Assembly (NCBI GenBank): GCA_000934665.2
Contig: JYFJ02003409.1
Span: 1 to 42,169, forward strand
Origin: Catajapyx aquilonaris
Taxonomy: Eukaryota
Reading direction: 5' to 3'
Length of the DNA stretch: 42,169 nucleotides
Part shown: one piece after another, positions 10,716 to 22,750 of the stretch
Position numbering within the stretch: position 1 is the first letter of the stretch
How the letters are laid out: each line of letters starts with the position of its first letter
Made by a program: the position numbers and the translations under genes
Notes under the pieces: model-generated
What the model saw: only the letters and a program-made list of their open reading frames with translations
The model's database searches: none
Told to the model about the DNA's origin: nothing

Positions 10716-12090
10716 TTATTCTTCCCCAATTCTGAACTGCATAGCCACCACTAAATACGTGGTTACTGCTCCAGTAATCTGAAAGAGATCAAATAAATTA
10801 GCAATGTCGTGGAATTTGCATCATTCATTGAAATATCTGCGCATACTGATGTGAGAAGTCGGCGATTGATGGAAAAGAAATCGGCAGCAGTTACTTCCAC
10901 TGTGGAATCATCTGACATCTCATGTAACGCATGATCTACCTGCTGGAATGGTCATAAAGATAAGCAGAGAACAGACGTTGGGTTAATAACAAGCAGATGC
11001 TCACTTGGTAACCAGAAAGCTTCTTCGTCTTTGCGAGCTGGTTGCGTACTCCATGAGCCTGATGAGAGGAGGAATCCAACATTTAATTCCAATGTGTGTT
11101 CACTTGCATGTGAATGGCACTTACCAAGCGGGTGATGTTGCTTAGACCCACGGTGAATATGACAATTTGCAAGACGTGTAGTAGGCATGTGAAGAGCGTG
11201 ATGAGCCTCATGTCCCAGTGGGCATGGTGTGAATCACTGCCAAATACCTGGATGGTCCAGTAGGAGAAGACTACCAGCATGAAGACAAAGAGGGCGTACA
11301 GGACCACCAAGTAGCATCCAAACACGTTGCTCACAGATCTGATCATCTTGCACAGCTCTTGGTAAGCCCTGCACAGGAAGTCGACCTTCTCTTCTTGCGC
11401 TTCGTTGCTTGAATAATCTGCACCCACATCAGGTTCAAGACATGTTGTGATGATCTCAAGCCTTGTGCCTAAAGCTTGCACCAGAGAGTAGATGAGGATG
11501 CTGGGCAAGTATTGCACAATAAGCTCAAGCATGGCGCAGCACATCACGGCCAACCCTGGGCCATGTATCATCGCCAGGTAAAGAACAGATACAGCAACTC
11601 GCAAGAGCATCAAGCCGATGAGAGCTGCCATTGATAATGTCACCTCCAATTTGGCTCTCGGAAGCTCAATTCCAATTGCCTGGAAACCCACATCCAGCTT
11701 TTCCATCCTGCATATCAGGTCGCAAAGATTGGGGCAATGCACCAGGATGTTGACGAAGATGGTAGCAACATTGGCAATGCAGATTACAGTTGACATGTGG
11801 CCCACAAAGCGGTCCGTCACAGTGTTTCCCAGAATGTCGAGTTCAGCTGGCGTATAGGTCGGTCTGTGTTCAAGCATGGATAAAATGGTCAGGGTGGCAG
11901 CTAACAGGCTCCAAATGATCTCCCAGGACCTCCATCTCATCTCTGGTGGCTTGCAGCGATTCCAGAATACATTCCGGGCTGGGAAACACCCAAGAACTTT
12001 GCTCACACGCAGGAGGAACCAAACTAGAGATGTACGGGGCTTGGCTGGGCTCGGACCCACATCTCTCTTTGCCAGCTCCATGATGGACAT
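10716..12090 (-). CDS. Gustatory receptor (7tm_7 family), ~391 aa, 4 exons (12090-11125, 11058-11005, 10939-10847, 10778-10716)
   Basis: Long hydrophobic multi-TM first exon and three phase-0 introns near the C-terminus. TM7 signature VTAADFFSINRRLLTS / ITGAVTTYLVVAMQF matches the TYhhhhhQF motif. Confidence 0.9.
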
Positions 12091-14124
12091 CCTCACCACC
12101 AATATTCTCTCCGTGCCGGTGGAGGTTATATCATATCATTCAGGGCAGGCCAATTATGCTAATGGAAGTCCTTTGTAGCCTCAAGCCACAGGAGATTAGG
12201 TATCTGTGCAAACAGTGGGTCCTTGCTAATGGCGACATTGACTACAAATCAATCTCAGGTGACCTGCTGAAGGTTAAGGATTAAATTGCAATGGGGAATG
12301 ACATCAACAATAGCAACAACTTAATGCACTTAGTTTTGGTCCAGCAAAATGATCATAAAATTACATCATAATTTTTGCTTCCCTTTTTGACAACATGCAC
12401 ATGCTAGTAGTATGTCTTCAGATTAATACTCGATACACAGACCTGCAGAGGTTGACCAATCATGTGCTCCGTTCTGTCGAACATCACATGTTCAACTAAT
12501 ATAATGGGACTTCTCCCGAAAACTTGTTGCCACTGTTGACATGTACCCGCACATGATTATATGAAACATGACTGTTTATTACAACAGAAACAGATGCAGA
12601 GCAAGACGCAGGTGTATAAATATGTTACACAAGTGATTTTGGGCATTCCCAATTCCTCCTATCCGTACCAGGCCATTTTAGGCTACTATGCTAACTTATT
12701 ACTCCGAATTAATCATCTCATTTTTTTTTCCAACCTTTCTCCATCAGATGAATAAATGCTAAACAGTGCAATAAATGCAAAGAACAATAGAATAAAAACC
12801 ACTTATATGGAAATTACAGCAAATATTATGCAGTGTGATTTTTGACATCTCCAGTGTTTCATCCCAAGACACTAAACAAAAAAAAATTACATATCCAACA
12901 TTAAGTTCTCATAGGAAAAAATACGGCTGTACATTATCCAGAAGCAAAGAGGTTACTTAATAAAAGTCAACCACAGACACATTTTCAAAAATCAGGTTTG
13001 AATTCCACTTGGGGAAGAAAACAAAAAAAACAAAAACAAAGGAAACCTCAACAGTGACTATTATCACAGACATCTTTTCTGCTTCCCATTATTATCCAAA
13101 CAAACTGCACGATACAAAACCAATGCAACCAGCCAGGGGCAGCCACATTATATCCAAAAACAAATTGCACTCATCTGACATTTAAATACATCTCAGTGAG
13201 AAGTCCTAAGTGGCTCTTACATCTGGGATGCTGCTACTAATATATATATATTTTTAAATACATAAACATTCATGTATTGCTTTGTCCGTAATTAAGTGAG
13301 CTGTCACAACAAGTGTGGTACCAAGCTATAAATGAAAGAGGATGTTTCGAAGAATGAAAGCAATAAATTGTAGCACCAACAAGAACCTGAGTTTCTGTCG
13401 TTGTGCATTTTAATTATGCTATGTAATTATTATGCTCACGTAGCCTGACTATTTTACATCAACACAAGTGTGATGGACCCGAGAAACCAAAAAAAAAAAA
13501 GGGCAGTAGAACCATTTGCTACCAGTTGCAGTGGAACCTCCACAAATTGAATCAGTTAATCTTATGTTGCAAAAAGTACTACTTGCAGTAAATCAATCTA
13601 CAGTATCCACATATGCACAATGCTTCTTTATAATAAATATGTCACTACAGTCTTGTAAAGACAAAATAAAAAACTGCTGGCATGATATTTTTGGCAAATC
13701 AATACACACACAACCAAGTATCAATATTTGCATACTTGTGCATGATTGATGCACATGTGTACAGTGTACCACATCAGCATAGTCAGGCAGCTTAAATATA
13801 GGAAAATTCTACCAAGCAAAAGTTCTGCCTCACATGTTAGCTCGTCCTATTATGCAAGAAATCCAGTCCCATGGATTACGTCCTCCATCATCATGGACGT
13901 TCCACTGCACTCTTTTATTATTATTATTATTAAACCTATAACGATTCATCATGCATCTATTGTGCACAGCTCAGGCACTTTCCTTAGCTCCTGATGATTC
14001 AAATAATTGACATGAAACATGTGAACTATGACACCCAGTAGTAAAGTGTTTTAACCTGCCCTTTAATTTTTCTTTATACTATATAAACCTTCCCTTTCTA
14101 AGCATTTATCCTGGGACCACCTTC

Positions 14125-16738
14125 TTAAGTAGATACGAGGCTCGGCCTGAGTGGAATGGGACTCCTGGACACATCCTTCTCCTCCCCGCAGCCTTCCTTC
14201 TCAGTCACCTTGTTCTGGAGCTTCAGCCAGGTCTCACCCAAGGCTTTTGCAAAGTGGTCGTCCACTGAAAAGGTACAACACAGTCACGTAAAAATTCACT
14301 TGAACCCTCAATATCACATATTGAGTGGCACGTTTTGGATGCCCTGATAAATTCAAGATGTCACCTTCCAATAATGTTTCCAACAAATGGTTTTATTCAT
14401 TTATATAATATTATTCAAACCAATGATAACTGGGGCTACACAGCATGAAACCTTTGTGTTCGTATCTATAGAAAGACCTTCTACGTTACCTGAGAGTCCT
14501 GTGACAGTGGTTTGATTGTTGTTGCTGCTATTGTTTCCACTGCCGCTGTTGACACCTGTGCTTCCTACTCCTCCGCAGGACGATGATGAGAAAACACTCA
14601 TGTAGTCCTTTCCCAGGGAGCGGCGGAAATGTTCGTCAATCACTGGGTCACACGTGCCTGCAAAGAACCAGGTCAAATGTCACACACAAAATCAATTTGA
14701 ATGCGTTATCGTAAGGAACCAGAGTGATACCTGAGAAAAGCTCCCTGCGATGCCCAGGCCTGAAATCTTTCTTGTCGTCCTGAGCACCTCCTTTGGCCAG
14801 GGTGGATGCCCAGGTGATGACCGATGGTCTGGGTGGGGTCAAGTGTCCTCCTGGACTCCCTGGTGGCGACATCGAGGAAGATGTGGGCGACCCTGGAGAG
14901 GAAGATGGTGATGCTGGGGAAGGTGAGTCCAGGCGACGTGTGCTCATGTCCAGTGGCGTGTCAACTGGGCTTCCTTGTCTGAATTGCAAACAAAGTGATA
15001 GTGACACAGGCACAAAGCAGACTCCACCAGTACCTCACCTCTTCCTCCTGCTGCCAACAGCATGTGCTTGCCTCTCCCGACACCTCCTCTCCTTCCTCTG
15101 CTTTGTCGGCTGCATCTTTCCAGATTCCTTTGCTTTATTGCCATTCTTCTCTCCAGCTGCTGAGAAGTCAAAATGAGTTACAGGCGTCTATCTCATTCCA
15201 ACCCAATTGACCACTAAAATCCCGCATTGAAACATTTGGAAGCAATAAAAATAACAAGTTATGCCAAATGGAGTCGTCGCCCTTTGGCGGTCCCCAACTC
15301 CCAATCCCACCACCCCCTTTCAGATTCCTCCAAGTGTGCCATGGGAGCTTTTTTTGGAATTCAGTCGCCCAACAGACACATGCAACGCTTTGGGATGCCC
15401 AAAATCGCCTGGAATGCCACAGAAATAACACACACAACAAGCAGGAATATACTCTAGGTCGAAGAACACAGGGTGTCTCACAAGCTGTGGCAACCAAGCA
15501 AACTTTAAAAGCTAAATTTCAATGCAAAAGCGAGCTTCAGATGTCCACTAGGAAAAAGTAAGCAGCTTACACAATGTGTTTTGGCACTAAGGCCTAAGCA
15601 GGTGATTTTTATGCACATTGCTAAAATTTCCCCTCCTGACATTCAGGCCATGGACTTCAAAAGATTTTGCACATCCACTTCTTTTCTGTCAATAGAGGTT
15701 CTTTTTTACTGTAACCTCTCTTCAACTGCACCCAGGCAACATAATATCATCTGAAGGTGACCTCCGCCATTTCCCAATCCGCAACTTATTTGCCTGTCAC
15801 ACACCCCTTGTAATTTTCGTCCTTTCTGGCGTGCCCGAGCGCAATAAAATGGTTCATCCCCGACGACGACGACATTTACCCTCCATGCCCTTTCCCCATC
15901 CCCTACCCCCTTCTTTTCCCCCCCTCCTGCCCCAAAGACGCGCTGACGTCAATATGACGTGCCCGAGAGACTCTCGGCCAAGATATTCTGCTCCTGCACA
16001 CAATCTGGAGCTCCCCGCATATCAAATCCGTATTTAAATAAATATAAATCAAGATTCTCCACCCGCAACTATCTCTCGACCTACATTAAACAGCGTTCAA
16101 ATGATACCAACTATAGGCATATACAGTATGTAAACAGACGCATTCCTCGATTACTAATGCACGTCGGAATCTTCAAGTACTTTTAACTGAAATTATACAG
16201 AAGCAGCCAACAATGAAACTGTGCATTGTTGCTCAATTCTGCGTGACACCATTTTTAATTGGGGTGGGCCCCCACGTTCGTCGCAGCACATTCCTCATCG
16301 CAAAAATCTTGCAAAAATTCCTTGAAAAATTCTCATTCTTCGAACAGGAAGAGCCTCCAGCCCAGCCCATTGTTCTCTCCCCCTCTTTTTGTTGTTGTAT
16401 TTTTCTTTCATATTATTCTTATCCCCTCCCCTTCTCTCTCTCTCTCTCTCTCCCCCCCCCCCCACCCACGTCCCTCAACCTTTTCTCCTACATTCTGCAA
16501 GAATCTTCGGAGCGGAAATAACGCAACCCTCACGATTCCGATTTTTTTCAGCAACAACCATAATGTTGTGGAAGAACCCCGAGAAAATCCAGGCGAACAA
16601 GGAGAGAACCCACAATGTTGCCAAATTGACGGAATACTCACCAGTTGTCCGGTGTTTGCGGGACCTCAAGCGACTGGATGAATCCGAGTCCTGGAGCATT
16701 GTTGCTGCCCTGGACAGCACGTCCAGAGGCGTCTCCAT
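14125..16738 (-). CDS. VGLL4: Vestigial-like 4 / Tgi (Tondu-domain TEAD/Scalloped cofactor), 257 aa, 5 coding exons (16738-16642, 15159-15039, 14978-14731, 14657-14490, 14264-14125)
   Basis: Two TDU motifs, DPVIDEHFRRSLG and SVDDHFAKALGETW. N-terminal METPLDVLSRAA and a PLDMS (CtBP-type) motif. Splice phases are consistent (774 nt). An acceptor just upstream of the ATG implies further 5' exons; candidate donor at 20855. Confidence 0.92.
16432..16463. repeat. (CT)n microsatellite followed by a poly-C run
   Basis: Directly visible in the first coding intron of VGLL4. Confidence 0.8.
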
Positions 16739-17882
16739 CACTGGAACCTGTAATGTAAATGAGCAAACATTTTTTTTAAATAAAAAAAAGCTGCAGTGGG
16801 CCAACCAAAAAAAAATGAGATGGTGCTGACAGATGTGGGTTGGGAGGGACTTGGCAACAGCGCAACAAAAAGAGAGCAAATTCCAGCGATAAAAAAGCAG
16901 GTACACAGACGATGTGTCACCCCGAAAATTACTCATCAAACTTGCAGCTTTTAGCCTGGAAATCTGCAGTTTATCAGGCCCGGTGAAATTGTAAACAATG
17001 AGTGTCATAACTTACAAGTACAAGGAGTGTAATAAGTGCTGGCTCATCATGTTTGATTTACAAAAAAATATCGATAAATCTGTCACTATCCACAAAAGTT
17101 CAGAGTAACACCTAGTACAAAGGGTGGTGCAATGTGTGTCCACAAAGTGTGGATTGTTTACTCCCAACAACCACTTTCCATTGGCATAAGCAAACAATAT
17201 AAAGCGTCGTGAAATGCAATTGGTAAGAAACAAGGAATTTGCGTAGTCATCCTGTAATGTACCCAGTATTACGGATGCACACTTCCGCTTTCCAGCATGT
17301 AAAAAAAAATTGTAATGCGGCATACTTTTTTTTCCCCCAAGGCTGCAACAAAACGGTTGCGTTCCAGGTAAAGGATATTACAGGGTGTATCGCAAAAAAA
17401 AAGAAAAGGAAAATAAAGGGTCTACCAGTTGGGGAAGAACTTACACTGTAAGTTGGGCGCATAAATTCAGGAAGTTTCCGCCCCGCGAAACACGGCATCT
17501 CCATGGAAACCATTTGCTCAAGAAAACCCCTAAGACGAAACGCAATTAAAGGGATTCCTCCAAACTCCGCATCAGGTACAAGACGTTTCCAAGGCAACTC
17601 CTGATGGCATATAGGAGGAATCTGATGGGGAAATAACTTGGGCTTTGGGATTCTCCGGTCGAGTTGTACCGCCAATTTAATATTTAACAGGCGGATAAGA
17701 ATCAAGAAGAAAATGAGGGGGGGGGCTTCCTTCTAGGCTAATTAGTTGGATCTGCCCCAGTGGGAATGCAAATGAGCTAATTAAAAGCAGTGTAGGATAT
17801 CAAGGATGGCCAGTGCAGGCCGGATCAGAACGGAAGCCGACATCTGAAACACCCGGTAGTGCTGGACAACAATGGTGCCGTA

Positions 17883-17951
17883 CTGGTGGCGCCACGAGCC
17901 GATAGCGGCCTTCACTTGATCTGAATTTCGATCAGCTCGTGGCGCCACCAG
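17883..17951. mobile_element. 69-bp TA-flanked hairpin MITE
   Basis: TA|CTGGTGGCGCCACGAGCCGAT...ATCAGCTCGTGGCGCCACCAG|TA, 21-bp arms with 1 mismatch. Confidence 0.7.
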
Positions 17952-17953
17952 TA

Positions 17954-18114
17954 GAGTGCTGGCCATATATCGAGGCAACCGCCAGCGACATTTTTCCGAA
18001 GCGGCAGAAGAAGGAATCTTGCTCGCCCGGCTTTAGCATGATTATCTTCGATTCTTTCTTCTGCCGCTTCGGGAAAATGTCGCTGGCGGTTGCCTCGATA
18101 TATGGCCAGCACTG
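17954..18114. mobile_element. 161-bp Tc1-like MITE
   Basis: 65-bp arms (17954-18018 and 18050-18114, about 3 mismatches), TA on both sides. The right end reads CAGTGCTGGCCA on the minus strand, the Tc1-type terminus. Confidence 0.8.
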
Positions 18115-19531
18115 TACGACACCATTATTGTCCAACGCTTACTATAGCACGCACCAAATTGTCGCGCTGTATGCGTGTGGTGTCCGCGACTCTTTTTGTT
18201 TAGAACGATCTGACGTCACGTGCCTCCACCCGGCTCTTTCCTCCAATCCTGTCCCCGAATCGCTCTGCAAGCATGCGCATGCTCAGAAAACACGACTGGT
18301 GTGACGTCAGATCGTTATCACGGACACCGTCATCCGGCAACGATCCTTGCGGCAGGAGGGTAAACAAAAAAGTCGCGGACACCACACGGATACAGTGCGA
18401 CAATCTTTTTGCGTGTTATAGTACATTGCAGATAGCCAACTCACACGTAAATAATCACATGGTGGTCCAGTAGGTCGTGGGTGGGGTGAAATTTTTTTAA
18501 ACAATTTTTATGAGAGAAATACCGTGACAATCATCCCCCCCTTTTCTTCTAGGCCCGATTCCGGTGCGTGTGAGGCCCCCGAGTATTTCGGTTGGTTGGA
18601 AGAGGGGGGGTAGTAAGAGTATGGCCGTGGATCGATGTGTTGCCTGAGGAACCAACTGCAGCCCCCCCTCCTCCTCCCTTTCCACTTTTCCACCCTCCCA
18701 ACCAACCCCCTTGGTTTTCTAAAGGCCCTCTGGAATGCACAGCTCCATGAAGATACGCAGCATCCCACACAGTTCCCCCTTCCGAAAAAAAAAAATGTGC
18801 CCCTTTCCCCCTGAAGCATCCGAAAACTATTCCAGAAAGGCAGACAACAATTGTGTGCGGAACTCTGACACATATAGAGTGCAATGAGACGGATGCTAGT
18901 GACGTCAAAATATATGCCGCAAGTGTTGCGTTATTCGGGTCTGCCAGATTCCAATCTTTTTTTTTTCTCCCCCACCTCCATTTATTATGTATTCCACCTG
19001 CTGCTAGGATCGATGTTATTTCCAACCCGATTTTCGCTTCTTCCCCACCTAAAAAAACCGTGTACAAAAAAGGTCCTGGAAAGTGTGCAACACAGGAGCA
19101 GACGACACTATATAATTTGGTGGAGATGGAATGCGAAGGTTTCGTGAGGCGTGGAAATAAAGCGGAAAAAAAGAGAGAGAGGTCGAACCACACAAGTTTC
19201 CACCCCACCCTCAACAAACGTCGAAAAGAAAAAATATCACCCCCACATATTTTCATACGTGAATGTGCGAAAAGGAATGTGACATCCTCTGACATCAGGT
19301 TAATTGCGACACGCTATTGACAACAAGCCTGGGTCAATTTAACTGGGGAATTCAGGTAAGATTTCCCGTGGGATTCCCGTGATCGGAATGCGTGAAATCC
19401 ACGTGTGCACCTCGTTTTTATTTTTCGGAAAGAAAAAAAAAAGCTGCACCACAAGCAGTAAATAATGTAAATCAAACCTCTTCACAAGCAGTAGGTGATA
19501 TAATGCCAGTTTTACGCCCAGAAAAAATCGG

Positions 19532-19656
19532 GGTTTCACCCGAGCTCGGTATTATGATAAAACGAGGTTTCTTTCGGAAAATCCATACAAATATGTAGAG
19601 AGAGATTTTCAGAAAGAATAAACCTCGTTTAATCATATACCGAGCTCGGTGAAACC
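19532..19656. mobile_element. Degenerate hairpin MITE
   Basis: GGTTTCACC(C)GAGCTCGGTAT(T)ATGAT-AAACGAGGTTT...AAACCTCGTTT-ATCATATACCGAGCTCGGTGAAACC, arms of about 50 bp. Confidence 0.65.
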
Positions 19657-19671
19657 GACCCTATAAGCCCT

Positions 19672-19755
19672 GTTTCTCCAATCCGCTTAACGGGCGGTCA
19701 GCTCTTTAAACTGTCGTCAATTTCCAGACGGTATTTCGGAAGGATTGGAGAAAAC
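19672..19755. repeat. Short inverted repeat, probable MITE relic adjacent to the previous element
   Basis: TTTCTCCAATCC ... GGATTGGAGAAA. Confidence 0.45.
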
Positions 19756-20951
19756 CGGAGTAAACTGCCCTGTAGTATACAATCCCCGGCAAAAGCAGAC
19801 GGCCGGATCATTTACCGCTAGTATAATACAAAGCTCTTGGTTGCTTTTTTGGCAATCCATTTACTGATTGCAGCGCACTGTTAACCAGGAGTTAATGCTA
19901 AAATGCGCTGAACTCTAGACAGAAATCGACCCAAGTTTACCGTCGCTAATCAATACGCTCGCTCCCAGTTTTTTTTGTTCCTTTATGTACAGGGTGACTC
20001 ACTAATAAGTAGTTATATCTTTTTTTTTAAACGTATCAAATAATCGAAAAGTGCATAGATCGACCAGTATCAGCTGACACATAATGTTCGCGAAAAATTG
20101 TCGCTAATCTTTCACAAATTTAACTGACGGATAATACAACCCTGGCGTGATGTGATCCCACATTAAAAACCTGCAGAGAGACACGTGCATGAAAGTGAGC
20201 TAGTGAATGCCAGGAATTTCGATACATGTTTACTCGCCGCTCGTTACGTAGGCATAAAAAGAAAAAGTCCTTGTATGCTAAATTCCATCACGTATACTGT
20301 ACACAAGCCTCTTTTTTTTATCGTAAATGCAACTTCTCCAGCTTGAAGATAGCGAGAGGTTACCAGGGGGTTGGATTTTATATTACTTGTGATGCGAAGG
20401 GGGTCAAAGTGCGCTCAAAAAAAATTTGTCGCATTCTGTTCGTTGCAATTTTTTTTTTCTTTTTTCTTTCTTTCTATCCATGAAGCGCATCGTTGCGAAG
20501 GAATTCCTGCCCTCTCTCGAAGAAGGATGTCCGCCTGATCCACTTCTCATTCCAGCTTTTTCGCACCGGGTTGGCGGTATACATATCAGAAGCATGCGAA
20601 TAAAAAAGGTCCGCAAAATCTGGTCTTATCGACCAGGCCCGAATCCGGCTGCATTCGCAAAAATTACTGCAGAATATTATTCCGCACATTTTAAATCCTC
20701 TCCAAGGGCAGCACCTGCTTGTACGTCATGAGGTTGAGAAATACCTCACGTTACTTCGCATGCAAACAGTAATATCCGGTACACCGAGAGAGTACTGCTA
20801 CCTAGTAAATAAAAAAAATATGTTGTTTGCAAAAATAATGGTGAGGAATACTCACGTTGGCACTAATATTGCGATGTGTTGCTGGTTTGAGCTGGAGTTG
20901 AGAGCGCGATGTGTGCGACCACCACCGTTCCCTGCGCCGCCTAATCTGTGA

Positions 20952-20986
20952 GGAATGCCAGGAATGAATGGAGCGTGGAAGGAATG
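20952..20986. promoter_or_regulatory. Tandem TEAD/Scalloped (MCAT) sites upstream of VGLL4
   Basis: GGAATG-CCA-GGAATG (3-bp spacer) at 20952-20966 plus GGAATG at 20981. Confidence 0.5.
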
Positions 20987-21507
20987 AAGCCATTGAGCGA
21001 CCCTCCCCTCATACCTCTACCACCCCTCTACCACACACCACCCCTCTACATTCCCCCCAATGGGGGTTTTCGAGCCAGAGCTGGCGACACCTGCACCAAA
21101 GGCTTCCAAGCTCAAACCGCCATCTTTCACCCACACATACCGTATATACTACACACACATACAGTACATTCCTACTAGTACTTTATGCCATGAAACTTCT
21201 TAAAAAAAGTGACACCATTATAGCACTCTGAAAAGTTGTGGATGCAACGCTTAATAAGGGTTCACAATCCCACTTTATTGGTGTCAACAGTCATGAACAT
21301 TGCAAAACGTGGTATGTGACATGTTACGAGTACCATTCCGCAAAACAAAAATTGGCTGGTTTTCGTCCCACTACTAGCACCAGCCACACTCATGAGATGA
21401 TGGCAGTTGGATTTGCATGCAGCAGCAGCATCTGATAACATTTATCACACTGAATGATGGGTTAAAATATTACTCTGGCTAGATTCTTTATTCTTATTAC
21501 AATCTTT

Positions 21508-21631
21508 TTGACACACTGGGTGGAATTTTCGTCCTGCTGCTGTAGTTACTGCTAACTTAGCAGTACTATTGCCAACACTGCTAAGTTAGCAGTAACTAAC
21601 TGTGGGACGATAATTCCACCTATATTGTCAA
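21508..21631. mobile_element. Foldback MITE relic
   Basis: GGTGGAATT..CGTCC..TAGTTACTGCTAACTTAGCAGT paired with ACTGCTAAGTTAGCAGTAACTA..GGACG..AATTCCACC. Confidence 0.65.
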
Positions 21632-22750
21632 GAGCTGATGGCTATTTGGTATCTCGTATTTGGCCCAAGCTATGCAATTACCACATCTGAACTGTAGCTA
21701 TTTGCAGGGTTTTTGGCTACATCTGTGATCTGCCTGAAAATCCCAGCCAGTGTGGGTGGAAAATGTCACTTCAAGTAATACACACGGAATATTGTACAAG
21801 GATAGTACAATAAAATGAACAACTAAGATCTCATTCTACGGATTTCTTGCCTAAAGCAAAAATAATAATAAATTGAGCTAAAAGGTATTCACAATCAAGT
21901 TTACACTACAGACCTAGGCAATACCATCCGCAACTAGTGACCTCCGACTATATGATGTGACAGGACCTGCCCTTAAATAAACATTATGCAAGAGGCAATA
22001 AATTACATTCAAATTTGCTGCCAATAAATTCTATCCTATGGCAGTGCAGTCATCAGTTCTTACAACTGGTCAGAAAGGTTGAAGAAGAGCGGTCACTCGT
22101 CAGGCAGCTGTTAACCCATCATTCAGCACAAACGCAGTCCCTCGAGTTAGTGGCACTTCAACTTGGATGGCTGCAATGGTTGGATGAACAGAGTTGGTAG
22201 CAGAGAGTCGAGTTCAGTTGCATAGTTGGGCTTGCATATATTTACGTAGATGCCGCAGCAGGGAAGCATGGTGAGGTCAGGACAGGCAAATTAGTGTCAG
22301 AATCTGCACCAGTTATTTGGTGTAGAACAACTGGACTGTGTGTTGCAACATACGTATGGCAACATTCACATCTGTAAATTCTCACAGGAATGTGCTACTC
22401 AAGTTACATCTTCCGCATTGAAGCAGTTTCACTTGCAGACTTCCGACGACTTCCCTCCCAACCTGGAGTGCAACATTAGCACCAGTGAAACATAGGCTTG
22501 CAGACATACTAGTAGTGGGACAACTCACAAGCACCACTACAATAAATGCTCTATTAAGTATAACAATATTACAGTAAAATTCAGTCGCAAACCGACCAAT
22601 ACTGAGAAGCTAAATCACACTGGTCACCAGCGCAGTGCTTTTAAAAGGGTGGGAAATATTCAAAGTCCAACAACTTTACCCCTTACCCATCGGAATGCTG
22701 CACTTGTATACACAGTATACATAATACAAGGTATGTTGCTAACTTTGGGA

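Noticed and set aside
13085..13171. Short direct repeat (TATCCAAA..CAAA.TGCAC) in the probable VGLL4 3' UTR
   Set aside because: Two short degenerate copies with no further evidence of function.
17781..18304. Mirror-image ORFs on both strands
   Set aside because: Artefact of the palindromic MITEs.
18497..21435. Many 60-250 aa ORFs upstream of VGLL4
   Set aside because: Low complexity, homopolymer-derived K/F/P/G runs and no domains; better explained as intronic or regulatory DNA.
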